Shown: positions 25,144-33,945 of the stretch, piece by piece
Layout of the letters: each line of letters starts with the position of its first letter
Numbering within the stretch: position 1 is the stretch's first letter
Assembly: GCA_947470885.1 (NCBI GenBank)
Contig: CANIXE010000002.1
Span: forward strand, 1-36,053
Reading direction: 5' to 3'
DNA length: 36,053 nucleotides
Source: Planctomycetota bacterium
GTDB lineage: Bacteria; Planctomycetota; UBA11346
Notes under the pieces: model-generated
Told to the model about the DNA's origin: nothing
Database searches by the model: none
Seen by the model: the letters and a program-made list of their open reading frames with translations, nothing else
Position numbers and translations under genes: made by a program

Positions 25144-26765
25144 GCATATTCCCGGAAGCTGTGGTCTGGGTTCTGACGGAAGCAGTAGTTGCGGTCCCAT
25201 TCGCTGGGGAACAGCACCACGTGGCGGCCCCGGGCGTCGATGGCCAGCTGGCTGCCCGGCGTCGGGACAAAGGTGGCGGCATCCCCCACCAACCAGCCGG
25301 AGCAGCGGTAGGGCAGGGCGGTCAAGCGCACCGGGCAGCCGTATTCGTCGGACATGCGGAAGGCCAGCACTTCAAACTGCAACTGACCGACGGCGGCAAT
25401 GAACGGATCGGCGGTGGGATTGTCCGCCGCCCGCAAAACCTGCACCGCGCCCTCGGCGGCCAGGCTGACCATGCCCTTGTCGAACGCTTTGCGCTTGGTC
25501 AGGTCTTCCGGGGCGACCCGGGCAAAACATTCCGGGGGGAAGGCGGGCAGGGGCTGGTGCTCGAAACAGTCCTTCTGGGACACGCTCTTGTCGACGATGG
25601 TGTCGCCGATGGCGAAGCCGGAGTTGATCAGGCCCACCACGTCCCCGGGGTAGGCGTTGTCCAGGGTGGTGCGGTCCCGGGCCACCAGGGTTGCCGGCCG
25701 GGAAAGGCGTAATTCCCGCTGCAATTCCCCGCGATGGACATGCTTCACCACCTGGTCCCGTTCAAAGCGGCCGGAACAGATGCGGATGAACGCCAGGCTG
25801 TCCCGGTGCTTGGGATCCATGTTGGCCTGGATCTTGAACACATAGGCGCTGAACGGCGCCGTGGGGTCCAGGGGTTTGGCCTCCGTTTCGGCGGCGCTCC
25901 CCAGCACGGTCACCGGTCTTGCCCCGGGGGCGGCGGCGAGTTCGACGAAGGCGTCGTAGAACGGTTCGATGCCGAAGTTGGTCAGGGCCGAGCCGAAGAA
26001 CACCGGGGTGATCTGGCCAGAACGGAACGCCTCGATGCTGAACGGATTGCCGGCGATTTCCAGCATCTCCAGGTCGTCCCCCAGTTTGGCCCGTTGGCCC
26101 TCGTCCAACGGCGCCTCTGCCAGGGGCACGGTGGTCATGGCCGCCCGCTGGCTGCCGCCCACGGCGGTTTTGGTGAACAGGTGCAGGTCCCGGGTCCGGC
26201 GGTCGGCGACGCCGACGAAATCCCGGCCGGAACCGATGGGCCAGTTCATCGCGCAGGCCTGGATGCCCAGGACTTCTTCGACTTCAGTCATCAGCTCCAG
26301 GGGATCCCGACCGGGCAGGTCCAGCTTGTTGATGAAGGTCAGCACCGGGATGCCCCGGAGTTTGCACACCGCGAACAACTTGCGGGTCTGGGTTTCCACG
26401 CCCTTGGCGGCGTCCAGGACCATGATCGCGCTGTCGGCGGCGGTCAGGGTGCGGTAGGTGTCTTCGCTGAAATCCTGGTGACCGGGGGTGTCCAGGATGT
26501 TGATGGTGTAGCCCTTGTAGGGGAACTGCATCGCCGACGAGGTGATCGAGATGCCGCGTTCCTGCTCCATGGTCATCCAGTCGGAGGTGGCCAGCTTCCG
26601 CCCCTTGCGCCCCTTCACCATCCCGGCGGTGCGCAGCATGCCGCTGTAGAGCAACAACTTTTCCGTGAGGGTGGTCTTGCCCGCGTCGGGATGGCTGATG
26701 ATGGCGAAGGTCCGCCGTTTGGCGGTTTCTCGGGTGATATCGGCAAGAACGGATTCGTCGGGCAT
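25140..26765 (-). CDS. prfC: Peptide chain release factor 3 (GTPase)
   Basis: RRTFAIISHPDAGKTTLTEKLL, DTPGHQDF, NKLD and full-length RF3 character. Start set at ATG 26765 (MPDESVLADI), giving 541 aa. Confidence 0.95.
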   Translation of the reverse strand: MPDESVLADITRETAKRRTFAIISHPDAGKTTLTEKLLLYSGMLRTAGMVKGRKGRKLATSDWMTMEQERGISITSSAMQFPYKGYTINILDTPGHQDFSEDTYRTLTAADSAIMVLDAAKGVETQTRKLFAVCKLRGIPVLTFINKLDLPGRDPLELMTEVEEVLGIQACAMNWPIGSGRDFVGVADRRTRDLHLFTKTAVGGSQRAAMTTVPLAEAPLDEGQRAKLGDDLEMLEIAGNPFSIEAFRSGQITPVFFGSALTNFGIEPFYDAFVELAAAPGARPVTVLGSAAETEAKPLDPTAPFSAYVFKIQANMDPKHRDSLAFIRICSGRFERDQVVKHVHRGELQRELRLSRPATLVARDRTTLDNAYPGDVVGLINSGFAIGDTIVDKSVSQKDCFEHQPLPAFPPECFARVAPEDLTKRKAFDKGMVSLAAEGAVQVLRAADNPTADPFIAAVGQLQFEVLAFRMSDEYGCPVRLTALPYRCSGWLVGDAATFVPTPGSQLAIDARGRHVVLFPSEWDRNYCFRQNPDHSFREYA

Positions 26766-26835
26766 GGGGGCGGGAGGATCGGCCACCGGGCCGGCAGGCA
26801 ATTGGCAACGGAATCGCCCCGATACGGTGCCGCCC

Positions 26836-27540
26836 ATGCCCACCCTCCGCGAGCGCGTCTGTCAAGCCAACCACGATCTGGTCGCCAACGGCCTGGTTCT
26901 TTACACCTGGGGCAATGCCTCGGCGGTGGACTGGACGGAAAACGTCCTGCTCATCAAGCCCAGCGGTGTGGATTACGCCCAACTGACCCCAGACACCATC
27001 GTCGCTGTGCGCCTGGCGGACGGCCAGCCGGTGGACCCCAAGGGCCTGCGTCCCAGTAGCGACACCCCGACCCACCTGGCTCTCTACCGGGCTTGGCCCA
27101 AGATCGGCGGCATTGTCCACACCCACAGCGAATACGCCACGGCCTGCGCCCAGGCCTGCTCGGACATCCCGCCCCACGGCACCACCCACGCCGACTATTT
27201 CGCCACGGAAGTGCCCTGCTGCCGCCAGTTGACGGCAGAAGAAGTGGCAGGCGCCTACGAGGCCAACACCGGGGCGGTGATCTTGGAAACCTGGCGGCAG
27301 CGGAACCTGGATCCCATCGCCACCCCGGGAGCCCTGGTGGCCCAGCACGCTCCCTTCGCCTGGGGCGCGTCGGTGGAAAAGGCCGTCTACCACGCCACGG
27401 TCATGGAACGCTTGGCCCGGATGCACACCCACCAGCGCATCCTCAATCCCCAGGCGCCCCAGATCCCCGCGTACCTGCTGGACAAGCATTACCAGCGCAA
27501 ACACGGCGCCGGAGCGTACTACGGCCAGAAGGCCCACTAA
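26836..27540 (+). CDS. araD: L-ribulose-5-phosphate 4-epimerase (class II aldolase/adducin family)
   Basis: MPTLRERVCQANHDLVANGLVLYTWGNASAVD...IKPSGVDY...HTHSEYATA...HADYF is typical AraD/SgbE/UlaF. Internal ATG at 26836, 234 aa. Confidence 0.85.
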   Translation: MPTLRERVCQANHDLVANGLVLYTWGNASAVDWTENVLLIKPSGVDYAQLTPDTIVAVRLADGQPVDPKGLRPSSDTPTHLALYRAWPKIGGIVHTHSEYATACAQACSDIPPHGTTHADYFATEVPCCRQLTAEEVAGAYEANTGAVILETWRQRNLDPIATPGALVAQHAPFAWGASVEKAVYHATVMERLARMHTHQRILNPQAPQIPAYLLDKHYQRKHGAGAYYGQKAH

Positions 27541-28398
27541 CTATTCAGGCCCAGTCGACCCTCCCATCCACGTCCGAATCAGGTCGGCGTGGGAATCCAG
27601 GATCCCATTGTGGCTGGCCCCGATGGCCGGCACCAAGGTGACCTGCCCGGGGTGGGCTTCCGCCAGGGCCTGGCCCATGGTGTAGGGGATGGTCGCATCA
27701 GCGGTGCCGTGGATGATCACCACCGGCGGAGATGCGGGCCGGGCGGTGAGTTCAGCCAGGCGGGCGCTGTTGTCGAAACGGTGGGTCAAGACCAGATGCA
27801 GGGGCCAGCCGACGACCCGCCGGGCCATCGCTGCTAGCGAAGTGAATGGGGCGATCAGGACCACCAGTCTGGCTCCATCAGCAGCGGCGTACTGGAGGAC
27901 CGCCGCCGCCCCCAAGCTATGGCCGAGGACCGCCACCCGGCGCTGCCGTTCTTCGGGGGTCCATCCCCAGGTCGCGCTGACGGCGGCAATCGCCGCCCGG
28001 CTGCCAGCCAGGATCGAGGCCGGATCAGGCCGGCCAGGATTGGCGCCATAGCCCGGATAATCGACGAACAGGTAGCCTGCCCCAGGATCAGGCAGGGCGG
28101 CCACCAGGGAGGCGTAATCGGTTGCCAGTGAGCCGTTTCCTCCCTGGACCAGCCAAAGGGTGCGGGGTACATCGCCGTGGACAGGTGGCAGCCAGAGCGC
28201 GTGGAGCTGACCGCTGTCCGTGGAGTAGGGCACAATCCTTCCCGGGCGGGGCAGGGTCAGCACCAATTCCTCGATCGTGGCACTGCGGGGCAGGTAGATG
28301 ATCCATGCTTGAACGAGGAACAGAACGATCGCCACGACCAGGCCGGGTACGACCGTGACGAGGATCAACCAGCGGGTGACACGACGCGCCAGAATCAT
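27541..28398 (-). CDS. Membrane-anchored alpha/beta hydrolase (ABHD13/BEM46-like)
   Basis: N-terminal TM helix, GHSLGAA nucleophile elbow, then HGTADATIP (Asp) and ASHNG (His) as a plausible catalytic triad. Confidence 0.8.
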   Translation of the reverse strand: MILARRVTRWLILVTVVPGLVVAIVLFLVQAWIIYLPRSATIEELVLTLPRPGRIVPYSTDSGQLHALWLPPVHGDVPRTLWLVQGGNGSLATDYASLVAALPDPGAGYLFVDYPGYGANPGRPDPASILAGSRAAIAAVSATWGWTPEERQRRVAVLGHSLGAAAVLQYAAADGARLVVLIAPFTSLAAMARRVVGWPLHLVLTHRFDNSARLAELTARPASPPVVIIHGTADATIPYTMGQALAEAHPGQVTLVPAIGASHNGILDSHADLIRTWMGGSTGPE

Positions 28399-28464
28399 GG
28401 GGGAGTTTCGCCGGGGATTGTCCTGGGGAAACCAGAGGATGGGGTGATCAACGCAGCGAAGGTA

Positions 28465-28794
28465 TCACAGTTCCAGGTATTTCTTCAACATGGTGGGATC
28501 ATTATCGCAGTAATCCCGGTACAGGGCTTTCAGGACGCTGGATTTATAGGAGACCTCGTCCACCACGACCACGAACTGGTGGCGTTTCGTCGTGGTTTTT
28601 CGCTGATCCAGCATGCCCCGCTTCGCGAGATTGCGCATTACGGTCAAATAGGTCGTGTACGCCAGTTTAGTCGAGCCCTGGGAATTCACCGCGTCGGCCA
28701 CCTCTTGGACGGTGCCGAACTCCACCCTCCATAGGTGGTTCATGACCCGAAGTTGAAGTGGGCCAATAGGATCAGAGGCATTTATGGTTGGCAT
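28465..28794 (-). CDS. BlaI/MecI/CopY family transcriptional repressor (winged helix)
   Basis: LQLRVMNHLWRVEFGTVQEVADAV...YTTYLTVMRNLAKRGML fits the Penicillinase_R fold pattern at 109 aa. The locus is visibly more A/T-rich than its neighbours. Confidence 0.85.
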   Translation of the reverse strand: MPTINASDPIGPLQLRVMNHLWRVEFGTVQEVADAVNSQGSTKLAYTTYLTVMRNLAKRGMLDQRKTTTKRHQFVVVVDEVSYKSSVLKALYRDYCDNDPTMLKKYLEL

Positions 28795-28882
28795 AGGGAC
28801 TCACTGGTACGGTGAGACTGTTACGTATCGCAGAACAACCGTCTGTCACCCATCGGATTCAGTCGTTCGGGTCTACGCCCGT

Positions 28883-30565
28883 TCAGGGCAGAGCGGTCTG
28901 CAGGCGCAGACCGGCAATCTCCACCGGAGCCTTGGTGCCCATCGCCCCCAGGTACAGCCCCACAGGGGGACTGGGTAGGATGGTCTTATCAAAAGGTCCC
29001 GCCGCCGAGGCGATCAGGGATTCATCATTAACCAGCAGAGTGACCTCCACGGCCTCCGCGGCTTCCATGGTGTGGGGACCGAAGGTCTGGGACGGGGCTT
29101 CCGGGGCATCCGCTGGATACAGATTCACCTGGGTGTGGAAAATGCCGCCAAGATTGATGACCGTCAGGCCGGCGGTGGAACCATCCGCCAGAACCACCCC
29201 CAACTGGGCCTTGTCACTCCGCCGTTTGGGTTGATTGGCCAAGTAGAGGGTCGCGGTGATCCGCCAGGGCAGGGGCTCCCCGATCTTCCGCCAGGTCCGC
29301 CCCAGGGTGCCCACCACGGCGTCTGGTCGTTCCTCAGCGGAGGTCCAGACGCCATTGCCGACCGTTGTCCATTCGGAAAGCCGTCGGGCCTGGTCGAACA
29401 GCCACACGGATTTTCCAGGGCCGAACACCAGCTGGCCCTGGGGTACGGCGGGTTTTCCTGGGGTGGCGGCAAGCGTAGGCACGGGCGTTGTCGGGGGTGC
29501 CACAGCGACCGTTGTTGGCACCGGAGGCGGTGGACTTGCGGATACGGGTTGACGGAACAACAACCACGCCGCACTGCCCAGGACCAGGACGCCGACCCCG
29601 GCACCGAACCAGCGGGCGAGGTGGTGGGTTGGGGCCGCGGCGGTGGCCAAGGCCACCTTTTCGCAGCGTTGGATCAATTCACCATAACTCGCGGGGCGAT
29701 CCTGGCGATTCCGGGCCAGGAGAGCGCAGGTCAGGGCCCGCACCGGGTCCGGGAGGTCCCGGCGGATCTTCCCAGGATCCGGTACCGGATCATGGAGCTT
29801 CTGGCTGATCAATTGGGCCAGGCTGGTGGCGTCGTAGGCGGGGATGCCGGTGACGGCGTAGTGGAGGATGCACCCGAGGCCATAGATGTCGGCGCGGAAA
29901 TCGACGCCTTCGGGATCATCAAATTGTTCGGGAGCCATGGTGGCCGGGGTGCCCATGATCGTTCCCTGGCGGGTCAGGCTCATGTCCCCGGCGGTGACCG
30001 GCCGGGCCAATCCCAGATCCACCAGTTTGGCGGTCCAGGGGAAGCTATCCCCGGGCAGGGGCTGGGATTTCTTCGCCAGGAGGACGTTGTCCGGTTTTAC
30101 ATCCCGGTGAATGATGCCTTGCTGGTGGGCATGGTCCAAGGCGAGGGCCAGATCCCGGATCACCACCGCCCCCTGTTCAGGGCTCAATGCGCCGTGTTGG
30201 GCCACCCACTGCTGGAGATTGGGGCCATCGATGAACTCCATCGCCAGGTAGGGCTGTCCGGCGGCGGTGAGGCCGGCCTGGTAGCAGGCGACGATGTGGG
30301 GATGGTGGAGAGTGGCGAGGATCTTGGCTTCCCGCTGGAAGCGGCGGACGAATTCCTCGGCTCCTGGGCCCCCAGGGGTCAGGAGCAGCTTGAGGGCCAC
30401 GGCCCGATCCAGGTAGGTCTGGCGGGCCCGGTAGACGATGCCCATGCCGCCACGTCCCAGCTCCTTTTCCAGGACGAGGTCCGGCACTGGCGATGGGGGC
30501 AAGCCGCTGGCGGTTGGCAAGCCTTCGCTGTCCTTGGACAGGACGGTCACGTTCACATCAGACAT
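28883..30565 (-). CDS. Transmembrane Ser/Thr protein kinase with extracytoplasmic beta-sandwich (ConA/LamG-like) domain
   Basis: Hanks kinase motifs GRGGMGIVY, VALK, HRDVKPDN, DLG and APE. One TM helix (WFGAGVGVLVLGSAAWLLF), a Pro-rich linker, and a ~190-aa beta-rich C-terminus. Confidence 0.9.
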   Translation of the reverse strand: MSDVNVTVLSKDSEGLPTASGLPPSPVPDLVLEKELGRGGMGIVYRARQTYLDRAVALKLLLTPGGPGAEEFVRRFQREAKILATLHHPHIVACYQAGLTAAGQPYLAMEFIDGPNLQQWVAQHGALSPEQGAVVIRDLALALDHAHQQGIIHRDVKPDNVLLAKKSQPLPGDSFPWTAKLVDLGLARPVTAGDMSLTRQGTIMGTPATMAPEQFDDPEGVDFRADIYGLGCILHYAVTGIPAYDATSLAQLISQKLHDPVPDPGKIRRDLPDPVRALTCALLARNRQDRPASYGELIQRCEKVALATAAAPTHHLARWFGAGVGVLVLGSAAWLLFRQPVSASPPPPVPTTVAVAPPTTPVPTLAATPGKPAVPQGQLVFGPGKSVWLFDQARRLSEWTTVGNGVWTSAEERPDAVVGTLGRTWRKIGEPLPWRITATLYLANQPKRRSDKAQLGVVLADGSTAGLTVINLGGIFHTQVNLYPADAPEAPSQTFGPHTMEAAEAVEVTLLVNDESLIASAAGPFDKTILPSPPVGLYLGAMGTKAPVEIAGLRLQTALP

Positions 30566-30568
30566 CGG

Positions 30569-32065
30569 TCAACGTCCCTGGGTTTTCAACCGTGATACGG
30601 CTTCCAGCAGAGCATCCACACTGGGCCGGTCGGTGTTGGAGGTGCCAATATAGGCATAGCCGATCCGACCCCCTGGTTGGATGATCAAGGAGGTGGGCCG
30701 GGCCAGGTTGTCCTCGACCCCCAGGCCCCGAACCAGGAGCAAGCTGACGTCCAGGCCGATGGGCATGGGGGGCGGATCGGTGCGCAGGGTCTGAATTGCG
30801 GCAACGAAGGCGGGGACGGCTTCGGTGGGTCCGGGATAGACCACCAGGATATCGGCCCCAGCTGCGGTGAACCGGTCGACGTTGTCGGCAATGGCGGTGG
30901 TCTGGGTCGCGCAATAGACACAAACCTGACCAGAGAATCCCCGCATCAGGACGACAACCGTGGGTCGGGTGGCCTCCTCCAGGTCCACCACCGCGCCGCT
31001 GGCGGTGAGGAACCGGGTCTGGGGTAGCGATTTGCCCACCAGGGCCTTGCTTTCCGCAGCGCCCCCCGACGCATCCGCAGGATTGACCGCATATTCGCTA
31101 TCCACCAGGGCCTGCTTGCCGTGGGTATAAGCCTGGACCAGGGTGGCGGCGATCCGTCGTTCCTTGGTGGTCAGGACATCCGGGGGCACCGGCACTGGTG
31201 ATATGGCCACAGATTCGGGTGGGGGGATGGTTGCCGGTGCAGGTGGGGGTGCGGGGGGCGGCACTGGGTTGGCTGCCTGTCCCGGTGCCGGTGACAGGGG
31301 CGGCGCGTTGGTCGCAGGGGTTGGAATGGAGGGTAACGCCAGGGGGCGTCCGGCCATCAGTTCGCCGCTGGAGCTGACGCCCCCGGCCATGATGCGGAAT
31401 CCCGCTGCCCCAGAGGCTGGCCAGGTAACGACGATGGTTCGATCCGGCCCGGTGATGGTCCAGGACCGGTGGTCCGCGGCCCAGACCAGGGTGCAGCCCG
31501 GGGGCAGTGCCTGGGATTCCAGATGGTCGCCCCCGGTGGCTCCGCCGACGCTCCAGGGGCCCACGGGTCGGCCCGCCAGGTAGAGGCCGACATGGCTCTG
31601 TCCTGTCTTGTCGGAGATCCGCCAGAGCCCGTGGCGCACGCCCCGGTCGAACCAGCCCTCGGCGGTGGTGGCACCCTGGGGATCCTGGTAGTGCCAGCGG
31701 CCCTGCTGGCGATCGTCCAGGTAGGTCCCCGTGGACGCCAGCGTGCCGCCCGGGTGGAAATGCTCCCAGGTGCCGGTGCGCAGCCCGCTGGCATAGCCGC
31801 CACGGTGCTGGAGCTTCCCGGCGTCATCCCACCAGGTCCAGGTCCCCGCCAGCTTGTCCTCGGCCCAGTCGCCTTCGGCCCGGCGGGCCCCATTGGCATG
31901 CCAGTAGGTCCAGTGCCCGTGTTGCAATCCGCTTACGAGTTGGCCATGGCGCTGGGTCCGCCCATCCGGCCAGCGGTCATCCACCAGCCGAGGACCGAAG
32001 CAGCCAGCCAGGACGGCGATCAGGCCGCCGGCAAGGACCAAGGGGGCATGGCGGGCAAGAAGCAT
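30569..32065 (-). CDS. Lipoprotein with MORN-variant (YwqK-like) repeats fused to a thioredoxin-fold (redoxin/AhpC-TSA-like) domain
   Basis: ATG at 32065 gives MLLARHAPLVLAGGLIAVLAGC (lipobox). G-W/H-W repeats follow (HGHWTYWHANG, GTWTWWDDAG, GTWEHFHPGG, GRWHYQDPQG), then a Pro-rich linker and a C-terminal CVYC redox motif in a Trx-like context. The first 100 residues of the track ORF overlap yhcH and were rejected. Confidence 0.75.
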   Translation of the reverse strand: MLLARHAPLVLAGGLIAVLAGCFGPRLVDDRWPDGRTQRHGQLVSGLQHGHWTYWHANGARRAEGDWAEDKLAGTWTWWDDAGKLQHRGGYASGLRTGTWEHFHPGGTLASTGTYLDDRQQGRWHYQDPQGATTAEGWFDRGVRHGLWRISDKTGQSHVGLYLAGRPVGPWSVGGATGGDHLESQALPPGCTLVWAADHRSWTITGPDRTIVVTWPASGAAGFRIMAGGVSSSGELMAGRPLALPSIPTPATNAPPLSPAPGQAANPVPPPAPPPAPATIPPPESVAISPVPVPPDVLTTKERRIAATLVQAYTHGKQALVDSEYAVNPADASGGAAESKALVGKSLPQTRFLTASGAVVDLEEATRPTVVVLMRGFSGQVCVYCATQTTAIADNVDRFTAAGADILVVYPGPTEAVPAFVAAIQTLRTDPPPMPIGLDVSLLLVRGLGVEDNLARPTSLIIQPGGRIGYAYIGTSNTDRPSVDALLEAVSRLKTQGR

Positions 32066-32135
32066 GGTTGATGGCCTTGAAATGACGGAGGGGAGGGCGG
32101 TCGCCAGGAGCGACCGACCCTTCCGGTACGGCGGA

Positions 32136-32594
32136 TCAAATCCGCAGTTTGAAGACCAACTTGCGGTAGCGGGTCGTGTGGCCGAACGGGTGCAGCACCG
32201 GCTTGTGGGCATCCCCGGGGAGGAACACCGTGAACATTCCCGGCAGGACCAGCAGGCGGGTACTCGGTTCCGTGGGATCGTGGTAGAAGGCGATATCGCC
32301 GCCTTCCTGGAAATCCTCGGCAACCCGCAGTCCCACCACCGGGGTCCAGTCCATGCCCTCGCCACCGGCCAGGTTCACCTGGATGTCGATATGGATCCGG
32401 TGGGATTCGTAGCGGCGGATCTCGGGCGGGTGGGTATTGTCGGTCTCGACGATCACCGCCAGGCCATCGGCAATCTGATGTTTACCATCGGCGATGGCCA
32501 GGTTCGTCGGTTCCTTCAACCAGCGATCCACGGGATCCACCAGGGAATGTACTCCGCGGTAGAGGTGGAGGTGGTCGATGGTGTCGAGAATCAT
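32136..32594 (-). CDS. YhcH/YjgK/YiaL (DUF386, EbgC-like) family protein
   Basis: 152 aa: MILDTIDHLHLY...ESHRIHIDIQVNLAGGE...FTVFLPGDAHKP is typical of the family. The ATG overlaps the upstream stop (ATGA). Confidence 0.8.
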   Translation of the reverse strand: MILDTIDHLHLYRGVHSLVDPVDRWLKEPTNLAIADGKHQIADGLAVIVETDNTHPPEIRRYESHRIHIDIQVNLAGGEGMDWTPVVGLRVAEDFQEGGDIAFYHDPTEPSTRLLVLPGMFTVFLPGDAHKPVLHPFGHTTRYRKLVFKLRI

Positions 32595-33853
32595 AGATCG
32601 TCCTCTGCAATCAGGCGCATGCCGGAAATGAACGCCGTGATTTCGGCGTCGCGATTGTAGAACAGCACCTGGAGTTCCTTGACGTCATCCAGATTTTCCA
32701 CCGACCCGTTGTAGGCCCAGTTGCTGGCGCTGCTCTTGAAATTCTTGGCCGACAGGTTGAAGCGAAGTTCCTTGAAGCCTTCGCCGAATTTCACCGTTTG
32801 GGCTTCGCTTTCGAAGTAGGCATAGTCGCCAGTCTTGATCCCCACCGCGACCCGGATGGGGATCTCGGCGGAATTCTTCAGGCGGAAGATCAGGATGTGC
32901 TTCTCGACAGCGCTGAGGGCGACCGGCTTCCGCAGGGTCGCCTTGTCCTTGCCGCCTGCCCCGCAGGTGATCTCCAAGGTCCGCTTGGCACTGTTGCTGT
33001 CGTTATCGCTGTCCTTAGCGGACAGGGGCACCAGCTTGCTGCTGATGGGGTTGGACCACTGCTCGTTCTCAGCTTGCCAGCTCTTGGTTTCCAGACCCTC
33101 GGTGAGGCGTTCCCGGGTGGATGTCTCGGGTTCCTTGCTTACGGACTTCGTCTTGGGCGTGGGGCTGGGGGGCAGGGGCACCGCCGGGGCGCGGGTATCC
33201 GGCGCGGTGCCGGCGATGGCCTCCCAGACGCCCAGCTGGCGCAGGGTCTCGGCATCCGTGCCGCCCATCTGGCGGTACCAGCGGAACAATGGCAGGGCCG
33301 CCTCCGAACCCCGTTCCTCGGCCACCAGGCGGAGGTAAATTACCGCGATCCCCAGGTCCTTCAGCAGGCTGGGATCGGCGCGGACCAGGAGCATCGCCTT
33401 GTCGAGGGCGGCCAGGGCCTCGGCAGGATGCTTCTCCCCCAGGCACCAGCGGGCCAGGTCCACCAGACCTTGGAAATCGGTGTCCTTCACGGCGGAAACC
33501 CGGCCAGATAGGCCCATCACCGTGGATTTCACCCGCTCCTTGCGTAGGCGCAGGGTGCCGGTGGCGGTACGAATCAGGAGGTGTTTTTCTGAGGTTGGGT
33601 CGTCTTCGAGGCGGCCGGCAATGGTCTGCTGGTTGTCGAGGATTACCAGATCCCGGTCCGCTTCCTTTTCCGGAGGGGCCTTGTCGGTGGCCGGCTTTTC
33701 CTTCGCAGGTTTTTCCTTGGCCGGCTTTTCCGCGGCGGGTTTTTCCTTGGCCGGCTTTTCCGCGGCGGTCACGCCGGGTGCGTAGGCCACCCAGGCAGCA
33801 AGAACCAGGCCGAGTCCGGGCAGACGGGGCAACAGGGATCGGGGACGACACAT
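32591..33853 (-). CDS. Secreted protein with (KEKPA)n repeat, helical middle and C-terminal carbohydrate-binding-like beta-sandwich
   Basis: ATG at 33853 gives MCRPRSLLPRLPGLGLVLAAWVAYAPGVTAAEKPAKEKPAAEKPAKEKPAKEKPATDK. The C-terminal 130 aa are beta-rich (ILIFRLKNSAEIPIRVAVGIKTGDYAYFES...). Confidence 0.7.
   Translation of the reverse strand: MCRPRSLLPRLPGLGLVLAAWVAYAPGVTAAEKPAKEKPAAEKPAKEKPAKEKPATDKAPPEKEADRDLVILDNQQTIAGRLEDDPTSEKHLLIRTATGTLRLRKERVKSTVMGLSGRVSAVKDTDFQGLVDLARWCLGEKHPAEALAALDKAMLLVRADPSLLKDLGIAVIYLRLVAEERGSEAALPLFRWYRQMGGTDAETLRQLGVWEAIAGTAPDTRAPAVPLPPSPTPKTKSVSKEPETSTRERLTEGLETKSWQAENEQWSNPISSKLVPLSAKDSDNDSNSAKRTLEITCGAGGKDKATLRKPVALSAVEKHILIFRLKNSAEIPIRVAVGIKTGDYAYFESEAQTVKFGEGFKELRFNLSAKNFKSSASNWAYNGSVENLDDVKELQVLFYNRDAEITAFISGMRLIAEDDL
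33689..33769. repeat. In-frame tandem repeat encoding the EKPAK/KEKPA repeats
   Basis: 15-nt periodicity. Two adjacent 30-nt units (33710-33739 and 33740-33769) differ at one position. Confidence 0.8.
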
Positions 33854-33945
33854 ATCCTGCAGGATGGGGCGGACCTTCCCAGGGGAAGGACCCAACCCGG
33901 CGGGTGGGAGTTGCACCCGTCGCCTGTGTTCCACTGTTCCCGCCC

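Noticed and set aside
25140-26765. Possible programmed frameshift in the release-factor gene.
   Set aside because: Programmed +1 frameshifting is a feature of prfB (RF2). This gene is prfC (RF3) and reads as one uninterrupted frame.
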